This document shows, piece by piece, positions 44,963 through 61,895 of a DNA stretch of 64,000 nucleotides; positions within the stretch are counted from its first letter, which is position 1; each line of letters begins with the position of its first letter. The notes beneath the pieces were generated by a model, which made no database searches, had not been told where the DNA came from, and saw only the letters and a program-made list of their open reading frames with translations. A program made the position numbers and the translations under genes. Location: assembly GCF_009914755.1 (NCBI RefSeq), contig NC_060936.1. The stretch is one strand, 5' to 3'. Source of the stretch: the human T2T-CHM13v2.0 reference genome, Homo sapiens.

Positions 44963-46316
44963 CTGTGGCATGGTGTGAAGAGCGGTGTAGATACATCAAT
45001 TCTAGAACTCTTCATACCAAATTATTCAAAAATGGACAGGGTTGAAAGTTGTGGGGAGACTTTCATTTTTTAGTTTCTATACTTCTGATTTATTATTATT
45101 ACTTTTTTAAATGTGAATTTGCTTTGTTAGAAATGTTTAAAAAGTTTTTAACATGCTTGGCATTTAGTGTTCATAACTATAAAATGCAACTTACCTTTTC
45201 AGCCTAATTTTCCCTAATTTTAGACATTCTGCCTCAATTACAGTTTTTACTGCTGTGTCCTAGATTTCTTTGCCTGTCGGCTTTTCTATATGTTATACCC
45301 ACTGCAAGGAAGGTCCTTCTCCTCACTTCTCAGGCCTAGGTTCTATGTTATTTCCAGTTCTAATTCCAGTGCTTCTAACAATAATTTTAACAAGCGTATT
45401 TCTTACTTTCTTTCTTCTATTCTCATTTCAAATATTTTGTTTTTCTGTTACACCACATCATAGAGTGCCTTGTAATAAATCCACTAATATATGCATATGT
45501 ACCACCCATAAAGCTGAAATCTTCATGCTTATTTTTCCCTTACAATTAGTAAGTATTCTATTCAATTGAAAAAATTAACAATGTTTTATTTTTGTGAAAT
45601 TTTTGTAGAGTTTCAGCTTTTCTGTATATCATGATCTGCTGTTGAAGAGACACCTCTATTTTATGTCAAATTGTCAATTTTGTGCCTTATAATCCACTTC
45701 TGAATTCTACATTGTAATTTCTGTGTAATAACTCCATTTGCTGCCTCTATTCTCTCATATAAACACATTTCAAGAGGCTTAAATGGAAGACGACAATCCA
45801 AATCAAATTTCTTAGACAGGAAGGTATTTGTAATTATCTCATAAAATGATGCCAAAATCTTGTCACATACAGTATCTCACATGACAAATTCAATAGTGTT
45901 CTCAGAGAAACACAATTTTTTATAGTAATGTTTCTATGTAAATCAGTCCAGGTGGGTTTCTTTTACATGAACAAGCAAGATTGTTTTCAAAATGATAGAA
46001 ACAATAAAGAGAGAGAAAACCCAAACTGATTTGCAACGGGAGTTTCCTCAGTAGTCATCCCAGAGGGAAGTTTTGCTTTGTCACAAGTGACTAGCCCTTA
46101 ATTTTGAGAGTGAATCATCCCCTTTGAAATGAGAGATAAGTTGGGGAAAGAGCTGTTTAAAAATTACTTTACAACTATTTCCTTTAGAGCTATGACTTCT
46201 TAAACTGGAATGTGATCCAGAATAGCTTCCCTTTGAATCCAACATTTGTCTTCAGCATTTTATTGTCTCTCTTTTCCCTCACCCCATCTCACTTTTTCCT
46301 TCTCTCTGTTCAACAG

Positions 46317-46434
46317 ATTTACACTGACTGGGCCAACCACTACCTAGCAAAATCAGGCCACAAGCGGCTGATCAAGGACTTGCAACAAGACATTGCAGAT
46401 GGAGTACTCCTAGCAGAAATCATCCAGATTATTG
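46317..46434 (+). CDS. NAV3: NAV3 coding exon (118 nt, phase 0 to 1), start of calponin-homology domain: IYTDWANHYLAKSGHKRLIKDLQQDIADGVLLAEIIQII
   Basis: Long pyrimidine tract then caacAG acceptor (46315-46316); donor TTG|GTAAGC. The peptide has the CH-domain 'YTDWAN..L' and 'DL..D.ADGVLL' motifs. Residues IKD/DIADG/AEIIQII match NAV3 rather than NAV2 as I recall them. Confidence 0.96.
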
Positions 46435-47078
46435 GTAAGCCCTTCCTTCTGAAAGAAAGCATGAAAGTCTCTGCTCCCATCTCTTTGGTAAAGCACAACT
46501 TAAGTTAAGCGCCTTACTGAACTGGTCCATGTGTCTCTGAGATTCATGTAGCTCTCCCCTGATTTAATTAAAATGTTTATATGAGGATGTTTGAAAAAGG
46601 CAGTTTGGCCATACTTTTAAATAACTAGAACTGTATCTTTATATACATAAACTTGCTAACCTTTATTGAATCATTTGAATTGAACTGTCAGAAATGAATG
46701 CTTCATTAAACCATATGTCTCCCATGTGTGTATTTCGTTAGCTGGAGCAACTCATACACTCTGAGATGCCTTGAAACTGTATCCTGATCCAGCAGGGACA
46801 ATTGTGAAAGGTTTCATGTCAGCAATCATTTGGCACAGGCTAAAGAATTAGCAGCAACTTCCTTCTCACTCATTTTTTTTTTTGCCTGATTTGTGCATAT
46901 AGAATTGGCAGCTGCTAATAAGTGTGTCTTCTTGTACACTGCTTGGAAGACAGAATATATGTAGCAGGAGCATTTTTGCTTGGTATTTTTTTTTTCCTGT
47001 TTTCGTGTGTGTGTTTCACTTCATTGCTTAAGCATGTCGTTCTTTTTTTCTCTCTTTTATTTTATCTCTTGGCTTTAG

Positions 47079-47131
47079 CAAATGAAAAAGTTGAAGATAT
47101 CAATGGATGTCCTAGAAGTCAGTCTCAGATG
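47079..47131 (+). CDS. NAV3: NAV3 coding exon (53 nt, phase 1 to 0): (A)NEKVEDINGCPRSQSQM
   Basis: T-rich tract then tttAG acceptor (47077-47078); donor ATG|GTAAGA. It joins the previous exon in frame (G|CA = Ala; 118+53 = 171 nt) across a 644-nt intron. Confidence 0.95.
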
Positions 47132-48088
47132 GTAAGAATCATATTTATTCTCAATATATAATGCTGATCTTCACTTCCAGAATTAATTGCATTTGTAAAT
47201 GGATATTATTTTTTTTCTGCATGTCTTCCTGCTTAAGAAACCATTTGATCCCATTCTCTCATATGTATTTGTGTGGGTTCAATTTAGGCACATCAACATC
47301 ATTAAGTGACTCCTATATACACATGACATATTTCCAGATGTCTTATTAGATCCTTGACTTTTTTTTGTTCTGCTGTTCTGTATAATTTAACACTGGTCTT
47401 AATGGTAGTAAATTTCATTTCTACTTTTAAGTGGATTATTTTTGTCTGAACAACTGGCTTAAAGAACAGGCTTTGCCATGGGCATTTTAAAATATATAAA
47501 TAGTATTTTCTTTGTTCATAACAAAGTCCAGTGTAAACACATGGACTCTTCAACACTTCTGGAAATAGTTCTCAAGGCATGCTGCTGTCAGTTTGGTGAG
47601 CAGTGACTGATTTTGAGATATGATTCGTAGTCTCTTCCAGAAAGCCTTCAGCCTGGATATCTGCCTCTTTCCCAGCTATCTCTTATCTTTATCAACCAAT
47701 AAAAACTTCAAGTTTTATAATAAAGTCAAAGAGTAATAAACTATAGAGATAAAAATATGTTTCTTAATTAAAAAGCCACAACTTAGTTTTATAGGAAAAC
47801 CTGAAATATAAAATGCCTTAACTAAAGTTACATCAAGCAGATATAATCAGGAATGACAGCCGAAATCCACAAGATGAAGCTTTCTCCAAAACTCTTCAGC
47901 ACAGAATAGGCATTTTAAATGAATTTAATGAGTTCTTAGTTGTCAGAAACTTGGAAGAATAAAAAAATCTATGAACTTTTAAAATATACTGACCTACTTT
48001 ACTTAATGTCAGAAAACTGAAATCCAAAATAATAAACATAATTTATTTCTAAAAGTGATTAACTATCATGTATATTTTTAAAATAATT

Positions 48089-48428
<340 letters not shown>

Positions 48429-49974
48429 ATAATTACTCCCAGGACCTATTATGATGTCATGAACTCTGTGTATATGGTTGTGAAAAAAATCACTGTAAAA
48501 GAAAGGATTTCTATACAATCCTTCAGTTTTAAGGAAACTTCCTGATCTAATTACTCTAAGTGACTCTGTGGGAATTAATTACAGTTGTTTTCTGAGGTTT
48601 TACTGTGAACAAGCCAAATCAGAAGACATTTAGACCTTGATACAGTAATAAGCTGTGTGATGTTGAGAAAAATATGTAACTTCTTTGAGCCTTAGCTTTC
48701 TCATCTGTAAAATGAACCTTAATTAGAATGTGACAATGAGATATGTATGTGAACATCCTTTATTAACACAACTAAAATGCAATGCAGAATAGTATTGCTA
48801 CAAACTTTGTAAAGGACACATGCGTGGATTAACACCTGTTAAAAGATTTTTAAGGCTTTCAGTTAAAAAGCTCAACAGTCCCCTGAAACCATAATTATGT
48901 TTCTTAAACCCAACATGGTTGCTTTTGCTTTCATTATTTTTACCATGAGGAGGTGTTGAATAATATAAAACATTTTAAGTCTAGAAACTCTTACCTACTT
49001 GGCTATCATTCCAATTTGATTCTGGGATTACAGAGAATTCAATAAACAGGCAAGCTTATACTCAGTGATGGAAAAACAATTCCAAAGCTCATAACAATGG
49101 TTAATAGAGATGCTGTTTTTACCTATTTATCTGAAACAGCTGTTCCTAGAGATTCTACAAATCTGTGAAGAGTCTCTTGAGTTTCAGACTCTGTTAATTT
49201 TTTTATTACTTCTTATTCCTGTTAACTGCAAAATATCATGTTACAGATATTATGCAAGTTATGTTGATATTTCCACTTCTGATTAAAACAAAATAGAAAG
49301 ACCACAGTCTAAGAAATGCAAATGCTATAAAAAAGGTAGTTTATTCAGCCAAAAAGCATTAGTTGGAATCATATCGAATATTGACTAAGAATGACTTAGA
49401 TCCTCATTTCTTTAAGATGTGGTTGAATTTTGAATCTGAAGTTGGCATGCCTTCAATTTCTTGATTCAGAAAAATACATATGAAATAAATGTAACTTTTT
49501 TGGCTGAATTATTTTTGCCTCTGTTCTTAAGAATTTGTGTAAGCACTATTAGTGAATAAAAATTCCAGACTTTAATTGAGACAAGAATGAAAAGGAAAGA
49601 TAATTATGATAGCATGACTAGGCTTATGAATTTCATGTATCTACTCCAAACAGGATGTTGCCTGTTCCTTGATTGCATAACACTGGGAGGTGCTACATTA
49701 GTAAGAGTGAGTGGTATACTTGCTCATAGGACTACTTTGGCCACCTCTTTTTGTATACCTGGTCTCTTGTGGCCTTTGGTTGCTGTTGGTGCTTAATAAC
49801 AAAAGATAAAGTAAAATTAGGTCTGCTGCTATTTTTAATCACGAATTGTTTTTATTTAAATGTTAAACTTGCTACCCTTTATTGAATCATTTTAAGCCTT
49901 TAAGAATAGAAGATCCCTTTTGTTGTATGAATCTACAATGTATTGATAAATTTCCATAGTAGCCAGGTAATTCA

Positions 49975-51030
49975 CATGTAATCAATATTTACTAAGCACT
50001 GAGTACAAAGTATAATAACATTTGGATGAACTACACTTGAGAATTGGAGGAGCAAATGTTTAGATAAATAACAGCAACAGTTACATAGGCGAGAACAAAA
50101 ACGACTGAGAATGGAGTAAGTTTGGTGCATTCCACAAACAAATAGAAGAGCACTGTGGATTAGGCACAAGGAGAGTTGTTTGAAGGGAACAAGGAAGCCT
50201 GATAGTGTAGGGCCAAAGTAAGGAGTTGGTATGGTATTCTAACTCAGGAAGACTTTGGAAGATGTTTAAAGCTGGGCTGTGGTATGATCCAATATAAATA
50301 CTTTAAAAGATCACCCTAGATGCTTTATGGGGATTATAAAGTAAGTAAGTGTTGGTGTCCAGTTGAATGTGGGTGACGGAGAGTACAGGGAGCTTAAAAT
50401 GGCCCCAATTTTTTAGCCTGAATGGGTAAGTAATTACCATTAAACAAGATTATTATTATAGAAGCAGAAAAAAATTTCTTAAAAAGGTGGAGGGAGGAAG
50501 GTGATGAATTCATATTTTAACATGTGGAACTTGATGTATCTATTAAAACATCAATTTGGAGGAAACTTAAGGCTATTAGACATGTGTTTCTGAAGGTCAG
50601 AAAAGAGTATTGGTTAGAATATACTGAAAAAATAGGTAATATTTGAAACCATGGACAAGAATGGAATCTTACAGGAGGTCTGCATGAAGTCACAGGAGAA
50701 GAAACCTGAGGTTTTTCACTCTAGGAAATATAAATATTTCTGTGATAGAGGTATAGGAGTCAGGAAAGGGAAAGAGTGTTGAGAGAGTGAGACTATTGTT
50801 GAGGAACAGAATCACAGATGTGGACTGCTAATCCTTAGGGAAGATGCAGTAGCTGAAGCTCTAATACGTGGACTACCCCAGCAAGTCAGGGCAAAGTAAG
50901 ATGAGCAGAATGTGTAACATGCTGTCAAATGTTATGCAGCTAAATAGCTGGTATACTGGAATGTGGTATTTCTTTTTGGTAATTGGATAGGCATTGATTA
51001 CCTGTATGTGAACATCTTCTGTAGAGTGAA
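49975..51030 (-). mobile_element. L2 LINE fragments
   Basis: AATATTTACTAAGCAC; CTTTAAAAGATCACCCTAGATGCT; GATGAATTCATATTTTAACATGTGGAA. Confidence 0.6.
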
Positions 51031-51736
51031 TAACGTGTTAAAAAGTAACTCAGAAGTGCCAATATCCATTGAGTCATGAATAATTTTTCTAAGAGTGTCC
51101 TGTTAAGACACTGTTAGAGAAAAAAAAAAATAAATAGCTTGAGAAGAAGACAGAGTTGAGGGGAGTTTTTGCAAGGGGGGAAGAAAGCATAGAAGGAGGA
51201 AGCAGTAGAGGGAAAGGAAAGGGTTCAGAGGAATGAAGTGGTAAGTAACTATACCAAGTCCTAAAGGAAGTAGAAGAGGAGGAAATTTTGGTCTGTGTGG
51301 AAGATTTGATATTGGAAAACAATAGGGATACATTTGTTTCTGTATCATGTCATAAAAGGTTATGATGGGGTGAAGATACGGATACTTGAAAAAAGTATGT
51401 ATGTAACATATTTGTATAAACACAAATCTCTACATAGCAGCTACCACTGAAAGGATTATGGCCGGAACAGGGAAGAAACACATAAATAGAGGCAAGTTAT
51501 TTGAAGGATTCTAGTTCTGTAGGGTATAATGTACTATATTATTCTGCTTTTACAACTTACATAAGTGTTACATGTATTATTTTATGTACATCAAATATAC
51601 TAAATAATTTCAAAGTAGAAAAGAAAGTATATTAAATAGAAACTAGAGGAATTTAAATTAATATAACAACTTCAGAATTTTAGATAATATTAATGTGCTT
51701 GCTTTTCATGTGATTTTCTAATGGTTTAATGGTTAC

Positions 51737-52335
<599 letters not shown>

Positions 52336-55300
52336 TCCCAACAACAATTCTTTTGAATAGCATAGTCCAAAGAGCACATATTTAAGAAAAATATGAATTT
52401 GTCCTTTTAGCACTTTATTAATATAATTACTGAGATATTGTGGTTCATATTTATCTTAAGTTTCAAAGTCATGGTTATTTTTCTTTGATGAGCTTGAGAC
52501 TAAACTGGTCCTGGAAAACAGAACTTAGTTTGTTGGAGCTTAGTCAACACTAAATTTAACCTTATCCAAAGATGAAGTTACTAATGTGGATGGCACCTGT
52601 TGAGTAATTCCTAGGTGGGCGGCATCAGGATTCAAAATATATACTGCATGTCCCAACTTTGGTGAGCTTACATGAGGAAATAAATTAGTAAACTATAAAT
52701 ACCAGGAATGTCCCAAATGCCCAGCAAATTAAAAATAGCAAAAATATGTCCAACATTTACTTAGAATGCAGAGACACAAGTGCAAGTTTCTTAGACAAAA
52801 ATGTTAGACATGTAGGGTAAAAGTTGTTTCAAAGACATTTAAAACATTTTTTAAATAGACCATTATATTTAAGGATCTTCAAAAATGCACAGAAGAATGA
52901 GGACATCTGATTATGTGAAATAGTTACAAACCAAGTATTAGGCTATGTAAGACAGCTAAGGATCTGGCAAATGTATTTCACAGCTTGTCCTTCCTCTTTC
53001 TTGGCTCTGTTTTGTCGTAATAATTCAATTGTTTTCCAGCCACAACCTTCAACCTAAGGTTTTAGTATAACATGTATGTTGTTTACAATTTGCTGATATG
53101 AATATTTTTGGCTTCTTATTCCTTTTTAAATCCTAGTAGCTGGAAAATTAGATTTAGGTCTTTACTGCCTATCTGATTCCATGTCCGATAGGGTTATGGC
53201 TCCCAGAATCATTACTGTTATGGAATTCACATCTTTATCCCATTTGGGATAGAAATTTCTTGATCCTATTTCTATTGCTTATATTTATCTGGAAAGTGAA
53301 ACTATTCTTAATAGTAAAAAAAAAGCCCATGCTTTTATCAGTAGCCTGTCCTTTAAAGTTTTATTTTTTTCAGCTACTGCTTGTAATCACTCTTCTTTTA
53401 AAGGATTTTTTTTTTTTTTTTAGGTAAGATGAGAAGATGAGGTTCTTAACCAAATAGGGAAGAGATAAAATACTGGAATGCTCTTAAAGGTTTAATAAAA
53501 TCTTATATATGGCATACTGCAAAATTGTAGCACTATGACTCAGAGGAGTGGAATATTGCTAAGTTAGTCCAGTCACATGATCCCTTGACTTTGAAAATAT
53601 TCATCTTCTGGAATGGCTAGAAAAAGATAGCTTAATGAAGACAAATGCTTTATTACAAGTAGAGTTCTGATCTATAAAGAAATACTAAATGAAAATCTTT
53701 ACTTTGTATTTTTCTTAATGATTTCATTATTTTTATACAAACTTCGCAAAAATATGTATAAACTACTAGTATCAGGGAATTTATATGTAAGTTATTAGAA
53801 TATCACCTAAATGATTTTTAAATCTGCCTGTCTCTAGAGGTTGCTCCACACACTAGTCAAGTTCAAATGAAGTAATTGACATAACATGGAGGCATTAAGA
53901 GGCAGTGTGTTTTGTTAAAAGAACAAAGGTGACTGGAATTCCAATTTTGTATGTATGACCCAGGAAAAGGCATTCAGTAAATTCTCAAGGCCTCTGCTCA
54001 TTTCTGCAATGAGGAAATTGGACAGATAAACTCTAAAGTCAATTGGAACTCTGATTTGCTACCTTGATTAAAAAAAATGCCAAAGATGATGATTTCTCTT
54101 CAGTTTTAGTAAGTCTAATTTACAAAGAAAAACAGCAACATGAAATCATTTCGTTGTGGGAATTCTTTGGTCTGCCATTTAGAAATTAAATAAAAGTTAA
54201 AAATACAAGAACGCCTTGTTGCATTAACTTTATATTATAGAATGAATAGCTTAAATGTTGTTCTTATTGTTGTCAATATTTATACTTGTTTGTGTAATTA
54301 ATATGATAAATAGAAATTGGAATAAAGTAACGGTTTGAATTACAGATTTTTTCTTTGCTTTTGAAGAGAAGAAATAATTTTTAAGGACATTAAATTTATA
54401 TATGCATATATAACTATTGCAAAATGTAGTTGATATTTCTACTATATCTTTGAATATTGACCACTTTAATAAATAATTGGCATATTTTTATCCTGATTTT
54501 TTTTGTACTTAAAATGCTACAAATTGTTTTTTATTGGTAGCCCAGTATTACTGTAAACACAAAATACAATCATTGTATTTGAAGACATATTTCATAAGAA
54601 TCCTTTTATAATTTTAGCTTTTTATATTTAATAGTTGGTGTTTTTAAGGAACTTATTGCTCCTTCTTTTTCAATTGCCCCCCCCCCCACTGCCAAACTTA
54701 ATAAAATTATCACTTACAATAATCAGTGGAAAAATATTTAACAGTAGGATAATTTTAACAATCTTAGTTTAGGAAACAAAATATTAAGATATTTGGCCAT
54801 TTTCAATATGAATTGTAATACTCCTATCTGAAAAAAATCTGTGATAGTTTATATATTTAAATTTTTTCAATAATAAGAAAAAAGAGTAAATAAAATAGGG
54901 AAACTCTTGTTCACTTAACCTCTGTGTAATCATATGCAAAATTTATCTTTGATCAGATAAGTATTTTGAAATGTAGTAGATATGCCAAAGCTAGTTGCTT
55001 CATGAAATTATATTTAAATTATTTTAATATGAATTCAGTTAAAAACTGAATTGTGTGGATAGACACAGAAAATATATTGACATTCCTTGTTACACTCTGA
55101 AAAATCGTATTTCACACCTGCCTTCTATTAGCCATGTTTCAAACATAACAAGAAATACTGGGAAATCATTACATAAAAACATACAAATTTAGAGAAAGAT
55201 CTGATAGTTCAATGATGTAATTATCACTTATTTATTGAACATCAATGGTATATACCTAGTGCTGTGCTAGGTGTTTTGCTTATGCTTTTCATTTAGCCAT

Positions 55301-55524
55301 CACGGCAAACCTATAATGGAACTGCGTCTCATTGAGGCGATCTGTGTCCTTTATTTAGTAAAGTGGAAAAATTATGGTTTGGACTCATGTTTATTTAGTC
55401 TAGGCCAAATTATCTTTAGACTTATTAACAAATAAATTTAACAAAATAAGGTCTGGAATTCAGGTCTTTGGATCTTCCGCTATTTTTTTCCTTCTCCTCC
55501 TCCTCCACTTCCTCCCCCTCTTTA

Positions 55525-58670
<3,146 letters not shown>

Positions 58671-59857
58671 TTTCTAAAAAAAATTATTTGGCTCCTCTGC
58701 TTCTCCCTCCCCTATGCCCAAACTTGCAATATAAATAAGAATTATTCTTCAATATTACACTTGTTTCTTCTATCTGTGGCAGGGATATAAACTCTCATGA
58801 AACTGGGAGAGGGAGTGGTCTTGTGAAACAAATAATGATTTATAAATTTTATGGTAAAATTATGAATTTGGCAAATAATAAGTTGTTATATGTAACTTGA
58901 GCTCTTTATATACATACATGTTTTTAGGTTTAGAAGAGTTTAATAACTTTATAATAAAACAATAAATTCCCTTGTTTGGTTTTGTTTTCTGGAACAAACT
59001 TAAAAGCAGAAATTTATTAAAAAACAAAAGAATATATCTTCAGGTCAATGAATACTGATGTAATTTTTAATAAATTATATTTATAACACTTTTGCCAATT
59101 ATAGCTTATAATGAAGATTTAATATCATCTATAACTGATACAAAATATTAAACGATGCTCATAATTCTCCAATTATCAAGTAAATTAAAGAAGAATAGCA
59201 GGGTTTTGAACAAAATATTTTATCTGATTATATCCTCGGGAATTTTCCATATCTATGTCTATACAGCTAGTCACAGACACACACAACTCTGTTCTAGCAT
59301 ACATGGGTTTATAGAGCTTAGCTCCATATTAGGAAGAGTATGTTTACATATAAATAATTGAATATACCCTTCTCCATTTCTAGTGTGGATATATGTGTGT
59401 GTATACATACACACACACCCACACATGCCTAGAAACTTCTCAGTTTCTTACATTGTGTAAATTGTAATACCATGATGCAAATCCAGTTTAACTGCAAAAT
59501 TTTTAATTACACCATAGGACCTAATTAATAAACGTACTCCTTGTATCTAATCACAGACCAACTAAACAAATAAACAAAAACCGAAGAGCAAAACCCAATT
59601 ACTGTCCCCTATTCCTCTCCCTATTTTGCAACACAAACACATTTGAGATGGGAAAGGAAAGCCCGCAAGGCGTTCCTTTGCAATGACACAGGAGTAACTA
59701 ATTAAACTGCACCTCTCATCCTCTCTGCCCCCAGCACTAAGACTCAACAAATCACAGTTCGAGGAAAAGGCCTGGAATTACGCATGCTCACAATGATCCC
59801 TGCTCAGCTTTGGGCTTGCCAAAGTTTTGATTTCTACTACTTTACTGAGTAGATCCT

Positions 59858-60090
59858 TGTATTAGTTTCCTGTGGCTTCTGTAACAAATTACCACAAATT
59901 TGGTGGCTTAAAACAATAGAAATTTAACTTCTCACAGTACTGGAGGGCAGAAATCTCTATCATTGGGCTGGAATCAAGGTGTCAGCAGTACTGTACGTCT
60001 TCCAGAGGCTGTAGGGATATCCATTCCTTTCCTTTTCTAGCTTATGGTGGATGCCAGCATTCTTTCTTTTGCTTGAGGCCACATCAACCA
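59858..60090 (-). mobile_element. MaLR LTR fragment (MLT1-type)
   Basis: TGTATTAGTTTCCTGTGGCT..GTAACAAATTACCACAAATTTGGTGGCTTAAAACAA. Confidence 0.88.
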
Positions 60091-61585
60091 TTCTGTATGT
60101 TAATCTACCACCATGTAAAATGCATTGGATATTTGAGAAGTAATATACAAGTAGTTAAACTTGTGAACTTATGAAATGTGTGGAACAAGTGGATTTTTGC
60201 ATACCCATTTCTGTCTTTACCTTTACACTACACAGTTTTCATTCTTACATTCAACCATATATTTATTGAGCCCCTACTTTGTTTGTACCTGGCACTATTT
60301 CCTAGCCATCTGCCAGTTGTGTAGTAAGCCTGAGTCAGAGGCTGCGAATAGCTTAGTGAGAATGTTTAAATTATAGTGGTAGTAAGCATAATGAGGCAGA
60401 AGAGCAAGCTCATTGCAGAAAGACAGGTTTAAGTTTTAGTTCTGGCTCTGCTCCTCATTAATTGTGTAAGCTTATATAAACTATGCTATCTCTCTGAGCC
60501 TCTACTGAATAAGAAAAATAATACTGACTTTACTAAAACTTACAGTGAAGATGAAAAGAGTTTTGTATATGGAGTAAATAGCATACTTGCTTATGACTCT
60601 GTGTAAACTTCCTTCCTGTGCTTGGTTGTTGAGTGGTGGAGGAGAACATAGAGAAGCTCCAAATCATTTTCCCTGCTTCCATTCTTTACATGCACAGTAG
60701 GATTTTTAAAACTGCAAATTGCTCACATAGTATCTTATGAGTTAGTGTATTACAACTGAATTTAAAAATGAAATATACTAAAATAGGATTTTTTAAAAAA
60801 TTGGAGTGTATTTCAGATATGAGTAAAAATTGATTTGTGAAATTTTTATTACTATCTGTTAATAAATCTATGTATGTACTGTGTGGTCATTTAAATGGAT
60901 GTATTCATTGCAATACTGATCATTTCCCTTTTTTGATTAAAGCACACGTTTAGATCTCTGATCTTTAAGATCAAGCTTGACCCTTAACAAGGCATGGAGG
61001 ATGTTCCTCATTGAGCCCTTACTTATTTCTGTGGCCTTGTCTCCTGCCACTGCCTTTCTCCAGATTTCAGGATTTGTGCTCTGGAGCTCCTTCTGCCTGA
61101 TGCCTTCTACCCATGTTCTTCAAACTGATTTGAAGGCTACTAACCTTTTGAGCAGTTTCACAGTGATAAACAATGGGAAGTTGTGGAGAAAGATTTAAAT
61201 GAGAGTCAATTCAACATTCCTGGCTATTCTGATCTCTTAAAGATCCCTCAACCTACGCTGTTTCTCAACCATGCCCAGTTCACATATAGCTCCTTCCCGC
61301 GTTCACCTCGTACCACATCCCCTCCTTCAGCAAAACCTTCCTAACCTCTCAGGGACTAACTCAGGCTTCCCTTAAAGCAGCAAAATGTGGGGGTTAGGAA
61401 CATGGGCTCTGAGTGACCTTGGGCATAGCAATTCAGTTCTGTGATCAACACTTTTATAATAAATTGGTATAGTAATGACAACTTCAAAATAACATATCTT
61501 TGTTACTATGTTAGGTAGGTCTTAGTTACTAATAACTTTCTCCTTTCCTAGTCTTTTTGGCCTCTGATCAGAAATAGACCCTTCT

Positions 61586-61895
61586 GGACAGCTGCAGTGG
61601 CTCACACCTATAATCCCAGCACTTTGAGAGGCCAAGCATGGTAGATCACTTGAGGTCAGGAGTCCAAGACCAGCCTGGCCAATATGGTGAAACCACATCT
61701 CTACTAAAAATACAAAAATTAACCTAGCATGGTGGTGCACACCTGTAGTCCTAGTTACCCAGGAGGCTGAGGCAGGAGGATCGTTTGAGCCCAGGAGGTG
61801 GAGGTTGTAATGAGCCAAGATTGTGCTACTGCATGCCAGCCTGGGCAATGGGAGTAAAACCCTGTCTCGAAAAAAGAAAAGAAAAGAAAGAAAAA
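61586..61895 (+). mobile_element. Alu SINE (AluJ-like)
   Basis: GGAGGATCGTTTGAGCCCAGG right arm; perfect 16-bp TSD AGAAATAGACCCTTCT (61570-61585 / 61896-61911). Confidence 0.93.

Noticed and set aside
46212-47161. ORF-track proteins of 98 aa and 79 aa as complete genes
   Set aside because: Only the spliced exon portions are coding; the flanks are translated polypyrimidine tracts and intron.
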